From contig JAJYME010000007.1 of NCBI GenBank assembly GCA_021787205.1, positions 10,334 through 74,333 of the forward strand: a DNA stretch of 64,000 nucleotides, written 5' to 3'. The stretch comes from a bacterium. Lineage in GTDB: Bacteria; Patescibacteriota; Minisyncoccia; UBA6257; Colwellbacteraceae. How positions within the stretch are numbered: the first letter of the stretch is position 1; the number at the start of each line of letters is the position of its first letter. The translations under genes were made by a program, and so were the position numbers. Below are positions 1 to 8,832 of the stretch, piece after piece. The notes under the pieces are model-generated. The model worked only from the letters and a program-made list of their open reading frames with translations. It ran no database searches and was not told where the DNA came from.

Positions 1-1
1 G

Positions 2-1009
2 AAGTGGGATGTCGAAAAGACATTGGATTTCTTTCACAAGAGAAATCTGAAGACGAAAGTAGAGGAAGGGGGACGGATTTTCCCGGTGAGCGACAAGGCA
101 GAATCCGTTTTGAAAGTTCTGATAAATTACTTGAACGAAGGCGGTGTCAAAGTGCTTTTAGGTATTGCCGTCAAAGAAATCGTCACCAAAGAAAACAGAA
201 TAGAGGCGGTTCAACTGGATAACGGACAACAGGTGTGCGGAAAATCATTTGTTTTGGCGACCGGAGGAAAAGCATTGCCCTTAACAGGCTCAACCGGGGA
301 TGGGTTCATATGGTTGAAAAATGCCGGCCATACGATCAATTCTTCAGAACCATCTCTTGTGCCTATCTCCATTTCCGACAAATGGGTCAAGGAATTGCAG
401 GGAACATCATTAGCTGATGTAAAAATAACCGTGAGTCAAGATGATGTGAAGCATATAACAAAGAGGGGAATGGTTTTGTTTACCCATTTCGGCATAAGCG
501 GACCGACAATAATCAATATGAGCAGGACGGTGGGAGATCTTTTAAAAAATGGCAAGGTTGTCATCTCAATCGATATCTTTCCTTCTCTTGGACCCGGAGA
601 GTTGAGCATTCGGCTTCAAGATTTATTCGCGGGGCAGGGCAACAAGAAAATCAAGAACGTCATCAGTTCGATATTTCCGGTATCGACGATAGTGCCGGCA
701 ATATTAGATTTATCAAGGATCAATCCGGACAAACCTTGCAATGAGATAGGGAAGAAAGAGAGAATGGCGCTTGTTCATACGATAAAAAACATCCCAATGC
801 AAGTTGAAGGACTCTTAGGTATAAACAGATCGATTGCGACGAGCGGAGGATTATCCCCGACTGAAGTTGATTTTAAGACTATGAGATCCCGTATTATTCC
901 CAACCTCTATCTTTCGGGCGATATTCTTGATATCGACAGGCAATCCGGCGGATACAGCCTCCAGATTTGTTGGACAACCGGATATATTGCCGGAAATTCC
1001 TCGATATAA
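2..1009 (+). CDS. HI0933-family FAD-dependent flavoprotein (aminoacetone-oxidase-like). The 5' end runs off the window start.
   Basis: The frame is open from position 2; the ORF track's start at 23 is a TTG. The translated middle and C-terminal regions (GGKALPLTGSTGDGF ... GGYSLQICWTTGYIAG) fit the HI0933/YhiN-like flavoprotein family from memory. The N-terminal FAD-binding segment is missing, so the gene is 5'-truncated by the window edge. Confidence 0.65.
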   Translation, partial: KWDVEKTLDFFHKRNLKTKVEEGGRIFPVSDKAESVLKVLINYLNEGGVKVLLGIAVKEIVTKENRIEAVQLDNGQQVCGKSFVLATGGKALPLTGSTGDGFIWLKNAGHTINSSEPSLVPISISDKWVKELQGTSLADVKITVSQDDVKHITKRGMVLFTHFGISGPTIINMSRTVGDLLKNGKVVISIDIFPSLGPGELSIRLQDLFAGQGNKKIKNVISSIFPVSTIVPAILDLSRINPDKPCNEIGKKERMALVHTIKNIPMQVEGLLGINRSIATSGGLSPTEVDFKTMRSRIIPNLYLSGDILDIDRQSGGYSLQICWTTGYIAGNSSI

Positions 1010-1017
1010 AATATTAA

Positions 1018-1052
1018 AAAACCTCCAAATACACTATAGAGAGGTTTCATTT
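1018..1052 (+). terminator. Hairpin (aaacctc ... gaggttt) downstream of the flavoprotein gene; weak T tail.
   Basis: 7 bp inverted repeat at 1019-1025 and 1041-1047, followed by cattt. Confidence 0.35.
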
Positions 1053-1184
1053 GACGGAATAGGGGAAAAGTGGTAGCCTTTGTCCAGATCGCCATTTTCA
1101 CGAATGGCTTTTAAAGCTTATAACTGACACTAAACGAAGGACACAGCATTGCCAGAATGAGGATGATGAAAGGAGGAAAGTGAC

Positions 1185-1838
1185 ATGGACCATACCCGAC
1201 AGAAAGATATCTTGGACCCGGAGGAAATAATTTTTCCGGTGACCGTGATAGGCGCCGGGAAGATAGGAAGCTTTCTTGTACCAGTCCTGGCAAAAATGGG
1301 ATGCAAAAGAATAACCGTGTATGATGCCGGTATTATCGAGGACATTGATTTGCCAATCCAAATGTATGATCTCGCGGATATCGGTCGACATAAAGTCGAT
1401 GCCCTGGGAGACATCGTCAAGCGACAAAGCGGAACCGAGATAAGGGCAATAAGAAGCCCCTATCCCAATGGCGACAACCTAAGAGGCATCGTCATTTCCG
1501 GAGTCGGCTCAACAACTTCCCGAATGGGAATCTGGAGCCAGGTTCAATCCAATTCGAACATCAAGCTTTATATTGATGCCCGAATCGGAGGAGACACTCT
1601 GGAGGTACTCACGATCAGACCAAAGCACGTTGCTGACAGAAGGCTCTACAGACAATTCTTGTTTGTCGAGAACAGAACGGCCGAGCTGCCTTCCGCGACC
1701 AGAGGCATCGCCTACAACGGCGCCATCGTCGCCGGGATTATCGCTTCCCAGGTCAAGAAATGGATCCGGCAGGAGGATTACCCCACGAGGCTTTCCTTAC
1801 GCCTGACGACCCTCGAGATGACCCAGAAGCAATCCTAA
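1185..1838 (+). CDS. Small E1-like / ThiF-MoeB-family adenylyltransferase-fold protein (217 aa), divergent.
   Basis: Rossmann motif VIGAGKIGS followed by an acidic stretch DAGIIEDIDL, and a later GG motif (ARIGGDTL). The layout matches the E1/ThiF fold. The canonical SNLNRQ motif is degenerate. Confidence 0.55.
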   Translation: MDHTRQKDILDPEEIIFPVTVIGAGKIGSFLVPVLAKMGCKRITVYDAGIIEDIDLPIQMYDLADIGRHKVDALGDIVKRQSGTEIRAIRSPYPNGDNLRGIVISGVGSTTSRMGIWSQVQSNSNIKLYIDARIGGDTLEVLTIRPKHVADRRLYRQFLFVENRTAELPSATRGIAYNGAIVAGIIASQVKKWIRQEDYPTRLSLRLTTLEMTQKQS

Positions 1839-1896
1839 TGACCAGTTAAAAGACACAGAACCCTAAGTCAAATCCCCGCATTACTGCGGGGATTTT

Positions 1897-2856
1897 TTAT
1901 TTATTGATAATCTCGGAAACGGTTTCTTTAATAACCTCCGGATTGCTGACAATCTGATCGGCAGCATTCAAAACGGCCAGAGGCGCAAAAATAATCCTGG
2001 AATCTGACGATCCGCTTATTCCATCCAAAGCGACTTTGCTTTCCAAGGAGTATTTGAGCAGGATTTCCTTAGGAATGGCAGCATTATTGGCGATGATATA
2101 ATCCGAATTCCTTCCCAGCTTGGCTTCGATAGTCCTGATGAAATCAAGGGCGGTATAATTATCCGTCTCTCCGCGTTTTGTCATGATGTTTAACATCAGG
2201 ATGATCTTAGCCTTGGAATCCTTGATCGCTTCTTTCATTCCTTTAGGCAAAAGAACAGGAATGACGCTGGAATAGAGGTCGCCGGGACAAATGACAACAT
2301 AATCAGCCTCAGAGACGGCCTCCATCGCCTCACGTGAGGCATTTACAGCCGGTTTGAGGAAAATATCAGTTATCTGGTGGACATTGGGATTCCAGAGGGG
2401 ATTCTTAGCGATATTGTCGATATTAGTCTCTCCGGAGATAGTATTGCCGATACTCAGCTTGGCGCAAAGCTCGACTTTCTCCTTAGTGACTGGCAAGACC
2501 CTGTGATTTCCCAACCCGCAAATCTCTCCGAAAAGCTTCAAGGCTTCTTCAGTGCCATTAGTCTTTTCCAGGGAGTGAAAGAGGAGATTCTTCACCGAAT
2601 GAGAGTCCAGAGGGCCGTTCTCATATCTGAACATCAAAGCCTTCGCCAGGTTGTCATCATCGCAGAGGGCGACAAAACATTTGGTCAGATCGCCGACATA
2701 GCCGTTGCCTTCATATTCTTTTTGAAGGACACCGGTCGAGCCCCCGGAATCGGTACTGGGGCAGATGCCCGTAATTTGGATGTCGGGGAGGGTCTTAAGG
2801 CCTTTAAGTACCTGAGAATGGCCGCTACCGCCGCCGATGGTTACGATTTTTTTCAT
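1897..2856 (-). CDS. YvcK/UPF0052 (CofD-like) gluconeogenesis-factor-family protein.
   Basis: N-terminal KIVTIGGGSGHSQVLKGLK ... TDSGGSTG motif and a length typical of YvcK/CofD-like proteins. Confidence 0.75.
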   Translation of the reverse strand: MKKIVTIGGGSGHSQVLKGLKTLPDIQITGICPSTDSGGSTGVLQKEYEGNGYVGDLTKCFVALCDDDNLAKALMFRYENGPLDSHSVKNLLFHSLEKTNGTEEALKLFGEICGLGNHRVLPVTKEKVELCAKLSIGNTISGETNIDNIAKNPLWNPNVHQITDIFLKPAVNASREAMEAVSEADYVVICPGDLYSSVIPVLLPKGMKEAIKDSKAKIILMLNIMTKRGETDNYTALDFIRTIEAKLGRNSDYIIANNAAIPKEILLKYSLESKVALDGISGSSDSRIIFAPLAVLNAADQIVSNPEVIKETVSEIINK

Positions 2857-2985
2857 GGCTCGGTTATTTTCTTATAATAATACAAAAATAGGGGGTTTGG
2901 AACTGCCAGCAGATCTAAAAAATAGGGGGACATTAGCCTGTCGGGGACTGGAAAAATGCCTTAAATCCTGTTATTATTATCAGGT

Positions 2986-3111
2986 ATGGCAAAAAGAAGA
3001 GGTGCACCGTTAGGTGGAGAACCGAGGAAAACTCATTCTCACAAAACTGCAAAAAGATTGGCTATCAAGCAAGAGATGCTTGCTGCAAAAAAAGCCAAAA
3101 AGACCAAATAA
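2986..3111 (+). CDS. Candidate small basic protein (41 aa, MAKRRGAPLGGEPRKTHSHKTAKRLAIKQEMLAAKKAKKTK).
   Basis: ATG at 2986 and in-frame TAA at 3109-3111. It is followed immediately by an 11 bp perfect-stem hairpin. It sits in a 330 bp gap between convergent genes. Confidence 0.35.
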   Translation: MAKRRGAPLGGEPRKTHSHKTAKRLAIKQEMLAAKKAKKTK

Positions 3112-3141
3112 TAATACCCCAGCAAACGCTGGGGTATTATT
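3110..3141 (+). terminator. Strong hairpin (aataatacccc / ggggtattatt).
   Basis: 11 bp perfect inverted repeat with a 10 nt loop, directly after the small-ORF stop codon. Confidence 0.55.
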
Positions 3142-3189
3142 ATTGCTTTACGCCACCTGATTTGTCGCCTTAAATGTTTTATATCGAAA

Positions 3190-3840
3190 TCATATCAGAT
3201 TTTGAATATATTCCGGAGTTATCTCCCTTAATGAACAGACTAGATTTTTCGTCGGATACTCAACGTCTCTAGATTTAACTAATCCAATACATTCCATTCC
3301 TCCAACTTTCGCCGCCTCCATTCCGCTCCGCCCATCTTCAATTACCAAACAATTTTCCGGATCAACTTTCAGTTTTGAAGCGGCCAGCCAAAATATTTCC
3401 GGATCAGGTTTTCCATTTTTGACCATATCTCCACTAACCAAGTGTTCAAAGTATTTTTCGAGGCTCAGGCTTTGGATAACATTTCCGACATAGTCCTGAT
3501 TGGAGGCTGAGGCAACAGCCATTTTGTATCCTTCTTTATAGAATCTTTGGATAAGCTCAGCAGAGCCCTCGATTTCATCAATAGATTCGTTTCCGAGTCT
3601 TGTCATAAGGCTCCATTTTTCTCTCATCAATTCATCCACGTCATAAGGCTGTGACTGTCCTCTTAGAAGATCATTGAAGACTTCGCTGGTCTTCATTCCA
3701 GCATATTTTCTTGTTATTTCTTCCGGACAAATATCGATGTTGAATCTGGCCAATATTTCCGACTCAACATTCGCGTGTAATTTCTGCGTGTCAGAAATAA
3801 CGCCATCCATATCAAATATTATCGCTTTAATTTTGCTCAT
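3190..3840 (-). CDS. HAD-superfamily hydrolase, subfamily IA (beta-phosphoglucomutase-like).
   Basis: N-terminal DMDGV motif (IIFDMDGVISDT) and the C-terminal K...GKPDPEIF...ED motifs typical of HAD-IA. Confidence 0.8.
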   Translation of the reverse strand: MSKIKAIIFDMDGVISDTQKLHANVESEILARFNIDICPEEITRKYAGMKTSEVFNDLLRGQSQPYDVDELMREKWSLMTRLGNESIDEIEGSAELIQRFYKEGYKMAVASASNQDYVGNVIQSLSLEKYFEHLVSGDMVKNGKPDPEIFWLAASKLKVDPENCLVIEDGRSGMEAAKVGGMECIGLVKSRDVEYPTKNLVCSLREITPEYIQNLI

Positions 3841-4474
3841 GAGTTATATAATTTTGTCCTATTTCGATATCTGTAAAAGTTACTTTTTGAGACAGTTCTT
3901 TTATAAGATCTTTGGTTAGTATAAGTTCTATGTCAGGAACTATTTTTTTAAAGTTAATAAGAGCGATCTGCCAATCATCTACAATAACGACGGCCCTGTG
4001 CTCAAAATTTGGCAAAAAATAGTTTTGAATTACGCCTCTTTTTTCTATTTCATCTTTTCTAAAACTATCTTTTAGAAGATTAAAATTTCTGGCTAAGTCC
4101 AAGGTTTCAATACCTTCGTATTTACTCAAATCAAAAAGATATAAATATGCCTCATCGCAGAGGGCATCTTCCAGTTTCAAATGATCAGGATTATATATCT
4201 CTATTCTTCCTATAAAATCATCTTCTTTAGGTGAGATATACCTTATTTGCCTTTTTCTGACTTTTCCCCGAGAAGTCGCGGCCATCCAGAGACCCATCCA
4301 AGCGTGATCGGTGTTAGTTAAATAGATACCCCATAAATTCTCATACTCCCACCTAGAATTAGCCGTCGTTTCATGAAGGTGATCTACTTTTATATTCTTA
4401 CCGTTTACATAAAATCTGTTGTTATTAAAAAATTTATTTAGCTCGCTCGTAGTTGATACCTTTATCGATTCCAT
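3827..4474 (-). CDS. Hypothetical protein (216 aa).
   Basis: Long ORF. Its start is set at the ATG at 4474 (MESIKV...) because the longer ORF-track version would run through the tRNA gene. No family recognised. Confidence 0.5.
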   Translation of the reverse strand: MESIKVSTTSELNKFFNNNRFYVNGKNIKVDHLHETTANSRWEYENLWGIYLTNTDHAWMGLWMAATSRGKVRKRQIRYISPKEDDFIGRIEIYNPDHLKLEDALCDEAYLYLFDLSKYEGIETLDLARNFNLLKDSFRKDEIEKRGVIQNYFLPNFEHRAVVIVDDWQIALINFKKIVPDIELILTKDLIKELSQKVTFTDIEIGQNYITHEQN

Positions 4475-4576
4475 GGTTATTAAAAAAGAATTCACTATAA
4501 AATATCGTTTGGCTACCGCTAACGCATTTCTCTGGCCCATCCCTTGTTCGAATCCAGTATAAGACAAAATATAAAA

Positions 4577-4607
4577 ATACTCTAGCTGATGCCAGAGTAT
4601 TTTTATA
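4577..4607 (-). terminator. Hairpin downstream of tRNA-Gln(CUG): aaaatactct ... agagtatttt.
   Basis: 10 bp perfect inverted repeat; T-rich on the minus strand after the stem. The same hairpin recurs after the second tRNA-Gln. Confidence 0.55.
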
Positions 4608-4609
4608 TG

Positions 4610-4680
4610 CTGCCGGGCCTGGATTCGAACCAAGATAAACAGATTCAGAGTCTGTTGTCCTACCATTAGACGACCCGGCA
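4610..4680 (-). tRNA. tRNA-Gln (anticodon CUG).
   Basis: Manual fold of the minus strand. Acceptor stem TGCCGGG/CCCGGCA, D-loop AATGGTAG, anticodon stem ACAGA/TCTGT with loop CTCTGAA (anticodon CTG), T-arm CTTGG-TTCGAAT-CCAGG, discriminator G. Confidence 0.85.
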
Positions 4681-4727
4681 ATTCGAAAGTATAATATCAT
4701 AAAAGTCATCACAAATCAATTAAAACA

Positions 4728-5306
4728 ATGTTAGAAACAAAGCATTTTCAATTGATTCCCGATAAAGTCAACCTTACCCCGAGGCTGATAGAGGAACACA
4801 CAAAGCTTTACGAAGGCTATATAAAAAAGACAAATGAGATCAGGGAGAAGCTTTTATCGGCGGACAAGGCGGTTTCCAATGCCGTCTATTCCGATTACGG
4901 CGAGCTCAAGAGACAAGAGACCTTCGCCTTGAATGGCGCCAGGCTTCATGAAATCTATTTTTCCGCCCTTGAAGACGGAGCGGATAACGGAAATCCGAAG
5001 GGGAGGATATTCGAGATAATAACCGACCGGTTCGGCTCTCATGAAAAATGGGTTGAAGAGATGACGGCAAGCGCGATGTCCTCGAGAGGGTGGACGGCGA
5101 CCATTTATGACAATTATCTTAAGGAGATTTCGATAATCAATCTTGATGCGCATAATCTGGGGGCGATATTCAATTCAACCCTGCTTGTTGTCCTCGATAT
5201 GTATGAGCACGCTTACTTCATGGATTACGGCACGAATAAGAAAGCCTACATAGAAAATATTCTGAAGAATTTGAATTGGGAGGCGATAGATAGGAATTTT
5301 GAATAG
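4728..5306 (+). CDS. Fe/Mn-type superoxide dismutase-like protein with a divergent N-terminal half.
   Basis: C-terminal DMYEHAYFMDYGTNKKAYIENILKNLNWE matches the SOD metal-ligand region (D..WEHAYY...NW). Candidate His ligands are present in the N-terminal half (EEH, LHEIYF). Confidence 0.65.
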   Translation: MLETKHFQLIPDKVNLTPRLIEEHTKLYEGYIKKTNEIREKLLSADKAVSNAVYSDYGELKRQETFALNGARLHEIYFSALEDGADNGNPKGRIFEIITDRFGSHEKWVEEMTASAMSSRGWTATIYDNYLKEISIINLDAHNLGAIFNSTLLVVLDMYEHAYFMDYGTNKKAYIENILKNLNWEAIDRNFE

Positions 5307-5370
5307 CAGATCACCAAAGGCTCACACCCTCGCGGTGACAAGAAATAAAAACACCTCTTCTGAGGTGTTT

Positions 5371-6204
5371 TTATATTGCCTGGGGCTTCTTGCCTTCGAT
5401 TTGGATCACTTTAAGTCTCAGCTTTCCATCGATGACTTCCGAGTCCAAGAGCTTGACTCTTTTTCCGTCTCTCATAGTCCAGGCACCAGGTTCGGGATAA
5501 AAAGCATGGATCTTCCTGTCCAAGATATAAGTTATCTCACCGCCACCAGTCTCTGCTCTTTGAAGATTAATTTCTTCGATAAAAGCATCGGAGGTTTCCA
5601 GTTTCCTGGTAAAGGTCGCTTCGGCGTGGTTCTGAGGAATAGGCTCAAGCTTGGAGAAATTATCCAAGAGCTCGGCAACCATCCTAGCAGAAACGCCGGC
5701 TAATCTTTCCAAAAGGGATTCGGTGTTTTCTTCGGCCCTGATTTCCGTTTTTTCTTGGAGCAAAATCGGCCCGTGGTCGATTTCTTTGTCCATTTGGAAT
5801 AAAGTCACACCCGTCTCCTTAAAGCCCTGGAGAATAGCATTTTGGACCGGTGTAGCGCCCCTGAGCTTAGGAAGAAGGGAGGGGTGGACGCAAACGACAC
5901 CATTTTGAGGAATTTCCAAAACCGGGCCGGGGATAATCTTGCCGTAAGCGGCGAGAATAAAGATATCGGCGCCGATAGCTTCCAGTTCCTTTTGGATTTC
6001 TTCACCCTTCAGGGAACCAGGGGTTAAAACCTTGATGCCGTTCTCGAGAGCGAGAGTCTTGACCGGGGAGGGAGTGATAACCTGCTTCCTGCCGACCGGA
6101 CGATCGGGGTTGGTGACAACCGCAAGGGGAGCATAACCCCTGGTGATCAAATCTTTGAGGATGATGGAGGCAAAATCAGGAGTGCCAAAAAATACATATT
6201 TCAT
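5371..6204 (-). CDS. fmt: Methionyl-tRNA formyltransferase.
   Basis: Formyltransferase N-domain (MKYVFFGTPDFA ... HPSLLP) plus the C-terminal domain; length 277 aa. Confidence 0.85.
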   Translation of the reverse strand: MKYVFFGTPDFASIILKDLITRGYAPLAVVTNPDRPVGRKQVITPSPVKTLALENGIKVLTPGSLKGEEIQKELEAIGADIFILAAYGKIIPGPVLEIPQNGVVCVHPSLLPKLRGATPVQNAILQGFKETGVTLFQMDKEIDHGPILLQEKTEIRAEENTESLLERLAGVSARMVAELLDNFSKLEPIPQNHAEATFTRKLETSDAFIEEINLQRAETGGGEITYILDRKIHAFYPEPGAWTMRDGKRVKLLDSEVIDGKLRLKVIQIEGKKPQAI

Positions 6205-6211
6205 AATTGGT

Positions 6212-7444
6212 TTAATGTTTATGATGTCTTAAGCGATGAATCCTTCGATTATGGGTAAAGTGCTCAAAGTTCGGAATCATGTGGGTCTTGAGCATAGCAA
6301 AGACGAAGGTGAAGAATAAAGGCAAAGATAAAGTCATTATGGTCAGCTGGGGACCAAGCGGCTTATACAAGAAGCCGGCAATCAGAGGACCGATAGCCCA
6401 GCCAAAATCCTGAGCGAAGGTGATCGCTCCGGCGACGCCGCCGTCCTCGTTGTGTTCTTTGTCCAAATGAGTCAGCCAGCTCCAAAGGGAAATGTTTGAA
6501 AGCTCATCGCCGACGGTCGCCAAGAATCCGAAAATCAGGAAGGCGATTCCTCCTTGGAATCCGATCAACGCGGCCATTATAGAGAAGAGGAGCAAGCCAA
6601 AAACAATCAGCCGTTTTCTCTTAGCCCTCTTGGCAATCAAACCAAAGCCTAACCCCAAGACAACCACCGCCATATCAAAGATCCCAAGACTAATGGAGGG
6701 GAGAGCGCTTAATCCATTCGCCATCTCAAGGGGGACAACGAACCAAATAGTGGCGTAGAAGGTGGAGGAAGTCATCCCTTGGATAAATAAAATCCAGCTA
6801 GCCGGGCTAAGCTTCTTGAATTCGGCGGCGACTTTCTTGAAATAACCGACTTTCTCTTCTGCTTCCAGCCTGGCTTTAGGTTCGATTTTTTTGGCATCCT
6901 TTGGAGAAATCATGGCAAACAATCCGGCGGAAATGAAAAAGGCGGAGAGAAGAACGCCGAACTTATTGACGGACAACCCCATGGAAAGGACGAGGGCGGA
7001 CGCCCCGATAAAGACTCCGGACGATTGGGAAACGTCTCTCCAAGTAATCAGTTTTTCCGTATTGCTATCGGTTGAGTGGTTCAGGATATAAGTATTAAGG
7101 GCGGGAGTGAAGAAGAACCAGCCGAAGGTAGCAAAAATGACTGACAATAGATAAGTAGTGACATTAAGTCCGAAAATAAGGACACCGGCCGAAAAGACGA
7201 AGGCGAAGCAAGAGAAGATAAGCGTTCTCAGGAACCCGAGTCTTTTTAAGAATACGCCGGAGAGGAGATCAAGCGGAAGCTGGACAAACGAGGCGACGCT
7301 TAAGACTAAACCGACGGCCCAGATTGGCAAGATCCTTTCTCCAAAAACAGGGAGGATGGCGTAATGGGTAGAGCTTGCTAACTTGAAAAGCAGGACAAAA
7401 ATCCAAAACGGCAAAAAGCTGAAAAACAGTTCTTTAGACTTCAT
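6212..7444 (-). CDS. MFS-type transporter (multi-pass membrane protein).
   Basis: Around 12 hydrophobic segments over 410 aa, with a basic loop between the halves. Confidence 0.65.
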   Translation of the reverse strand: MKSKELFFSFLPFWIFVLLFKLASSTHYAILPVFGERILPIWAVGLVLSVASFVQLPLDLLSGVFLKRLGFLRTLIFSCFAFVFSAGVLIFGLNVTTYLLSVIFATFGWFFFTPALNTYILNHSTDSNTEKLITWRDVSQSSGVFIGASALVLSMGLSVNKFGVLLSAFFISAGLFAMISPKDAKKIEPKARLEAEEKVGYFKKVAAEFKKLSPASWILFIQGMTSSTFYATIWFVVPLEMANGLSALPSISLGIFDMAVVVLGLGFGLIAKRAKRKRLIVFGLLLFSIMAALIGFQGGIAFLIFGFLATVGDELSNISLWSWLTHLDKEHNEDGGVAGAITFAQDFGWAIGPLIAGFLYKPLGPQLTIMTLSLPLFFTFVFAMLKTHMIPNFEHFTHNRRIHRLRHHKH

Positions 7445-7504
7445 ATTTTCTAATTCTACAAAATCAGCATATAAAAAACAAAGCGGACTGGAGGCCCGCT
7501 TTGT

Positions 7505-7948
7505 TTAAAAGTCGATGATAAGTTTTCCGTTAAGATGGTCGAGTTCGTGCTGGAAGATCCTGGCCATGGTTCCGCCAGCTCTGATCTTCAACTTCCTGCC
7601 ATTCTGATCATAACCCTCAATGACGATCGATTCCGGTCTTTTAATATCCCTGAAAACCTCAGGAAGACTGAGGCAACCCTCCTCCATCATTATCTGCCCC
7701 TTGGAGAACCTGGTAATGACGGGATTGAAGATGGCATAGAAATTATTCCTATGCTGGGCGACAAACATTCTCCAATCAAGTCCTACCTGGTTAGCAGAAA
7801 GGCCGACACCACCATCGAGTTTCATGATCTTTCGCATCTCTTTGACGACCTCCTTTATCTCTTTCGGAGAATGAGCGGAAAAATCAAACTCAGGCATGGT
7901 CTGCCTTAAGATTGAAGCATTTTCACTTTTGGTCGTTACGATTTTCAT
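7505..7948 (-). CDS. def: Peptide deformylase.
   Basis: All three signature motifs present: GVGLSANQ, EGCLS and QHELDHLNG. Confidence 0.9.
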   Translation of the reverse strand: MKIVTTKSENASILRQTMPEFDFSAHSPKEIKEVVKEMRKIMKLDGGVGLSANQVGLDWRMFVAQHRNNFYAIFNPVITRFSKGQIMMEEGCLSLPEVFRDIKRPESIVIEGYDQNGRKLKIRAGGTMARIFQHELDHLNGKLIIDF

Positions 7949-8243
7949 TTGCTTGTTTTTTTGATTCCTTGAGGACTTTCATAAAATAAGCTCCCTTATT
8001 CTTGATGTTCTTATTTTCAGCCACTCCTTTGGCGATCCTTAAGAGATTTTCCGGATTATTGGTCTTAGCCAGCCGGATATAGAGAGATTTGTGCGCTTGG
8101 TCTTCCAAAATCCCAGCCAACTCCAAACCAGTATTCTGGTGAGGGGAGTAGACCCTGGTCTTTTTTGAGCGCTCCTTGATTTTATTCAGATAGTCGGCGA
8201 AGAGCGGATTTTCCGGACCGTTTGTTTCGTTATTTTGGAACAT
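7923..8243 (-). CDS. Hypothetical small basic protein (106 aa).
   Basis: ORF overlapping the def start by 26 nt; lysine-rich C-terminus; no family recognised. Confidence 0.4.
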   Translation of the reverse strand: MFQNNETNGPENPLFADYLNKIKERSKKTRVYSPHQNTGLELAGILEDQAHKSLYIRLAKTNNPENLLRIAKGVAENKNIKNKGAYFMKVLKESKKQANENRNDQK

Positions 8244-8290
8244 GCGTTATTATACAGCTAATGTTAAAACGTTTGTTTGTTTCAATAAAT

Positions 8291-8806
8291 ATGCCGGAGG
8301 ACCTAGCAGGGGATTTAGAGGGCATTTCGGATGATTTGGCCGCAGAACTAAAGCATTCAGCGGATTTCAAAGCAACCGAAAGATATAATTACCATTTCAC
8401 CATAAAATTCTTAGGAAGTCAAGAACCAGGCGCAGTACCAATTATCGAAAATTGCATAAAAAAGGCACTGGAAAATATGGATAAGGAGTTGGAAAAGAAG
8501 GTCTCCTTAAAGAGGGTTGATTACGCCACCGGCAACAGGATGATCTGGGTTTTTGCCAAATCAGCCTGGATGGCGGAATTTGCCAAGAAATTGGAAACCG
8601 AGCTTTTGAGAGCCAATGTCGGATATGATCCGAAACCTTTCACGAGCCACATCACCCTTATAAGGATAAAAGACTTCTTTGGAAAGAAGCCGAAGATCGC
8701 CCGAAGGGTCGATAAGGATATGGAGATAAAGAAGGTTTCCCTGATGGAATCATTCCTGACGCGCGAAGGGTCGGAATATGACACCTTGGTTGAGTTTCAG
8801 GTATAA
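8291..8806 (+). CDS. thpR: 2H-phosphoesterase family RNA 2',3'-cyclic phosphodiesterase (LigT/ThpR-like).
   Basis: Two H-x-T motifs (HFTIKF and HITLIR) at the spacing typical of LigT. The likely start is the internal ATG at 8291 rather than the track's 8222. Confidence 0.7.
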   Translation: MPEDLAGDLEGISDDLAAELKHSADFKATERYNYHFTIKFLGSQEPGAVPIIENCIKKALENMDKELEKKVSLKRVDYATGNRMIWVFAKSAWMAEFAKKLETELLRANVGYDPKPFTSHITLIRIKDFFGKKPKIARRVDKDMEIKKVSLMESFLTREGSEYDTLVEFQV

Positions 8807-8832
8807 AAATGATAGAATTTTACAATTAAAAA

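Noticed and set aside
2377-2877. 166 aa plus-strand ORF
   Set aside because: It lies entirely antisense within the well-supported YvcK-like gene (1897-2856). It has no motif and is an antisense artefact.
4505-4560. Possible second tRNA next to tRNA-Gln(CUG), suggested by the TTCGAATCC box
   Set aside because: The segments flanking the TTCGAAT loop are not complementary on either strand and no acceptor stem can be formed. It is an inverted fragment, not a tRNA.
4434-4712. 92 aa minus-strand ORF, plus the long version (to 4681) of the neighbouring ORF
   Set aside because: Both run through the tRNA-Gln(CUG) gene and its terminator. The real CDS most likely starts at the ATG at 4474.
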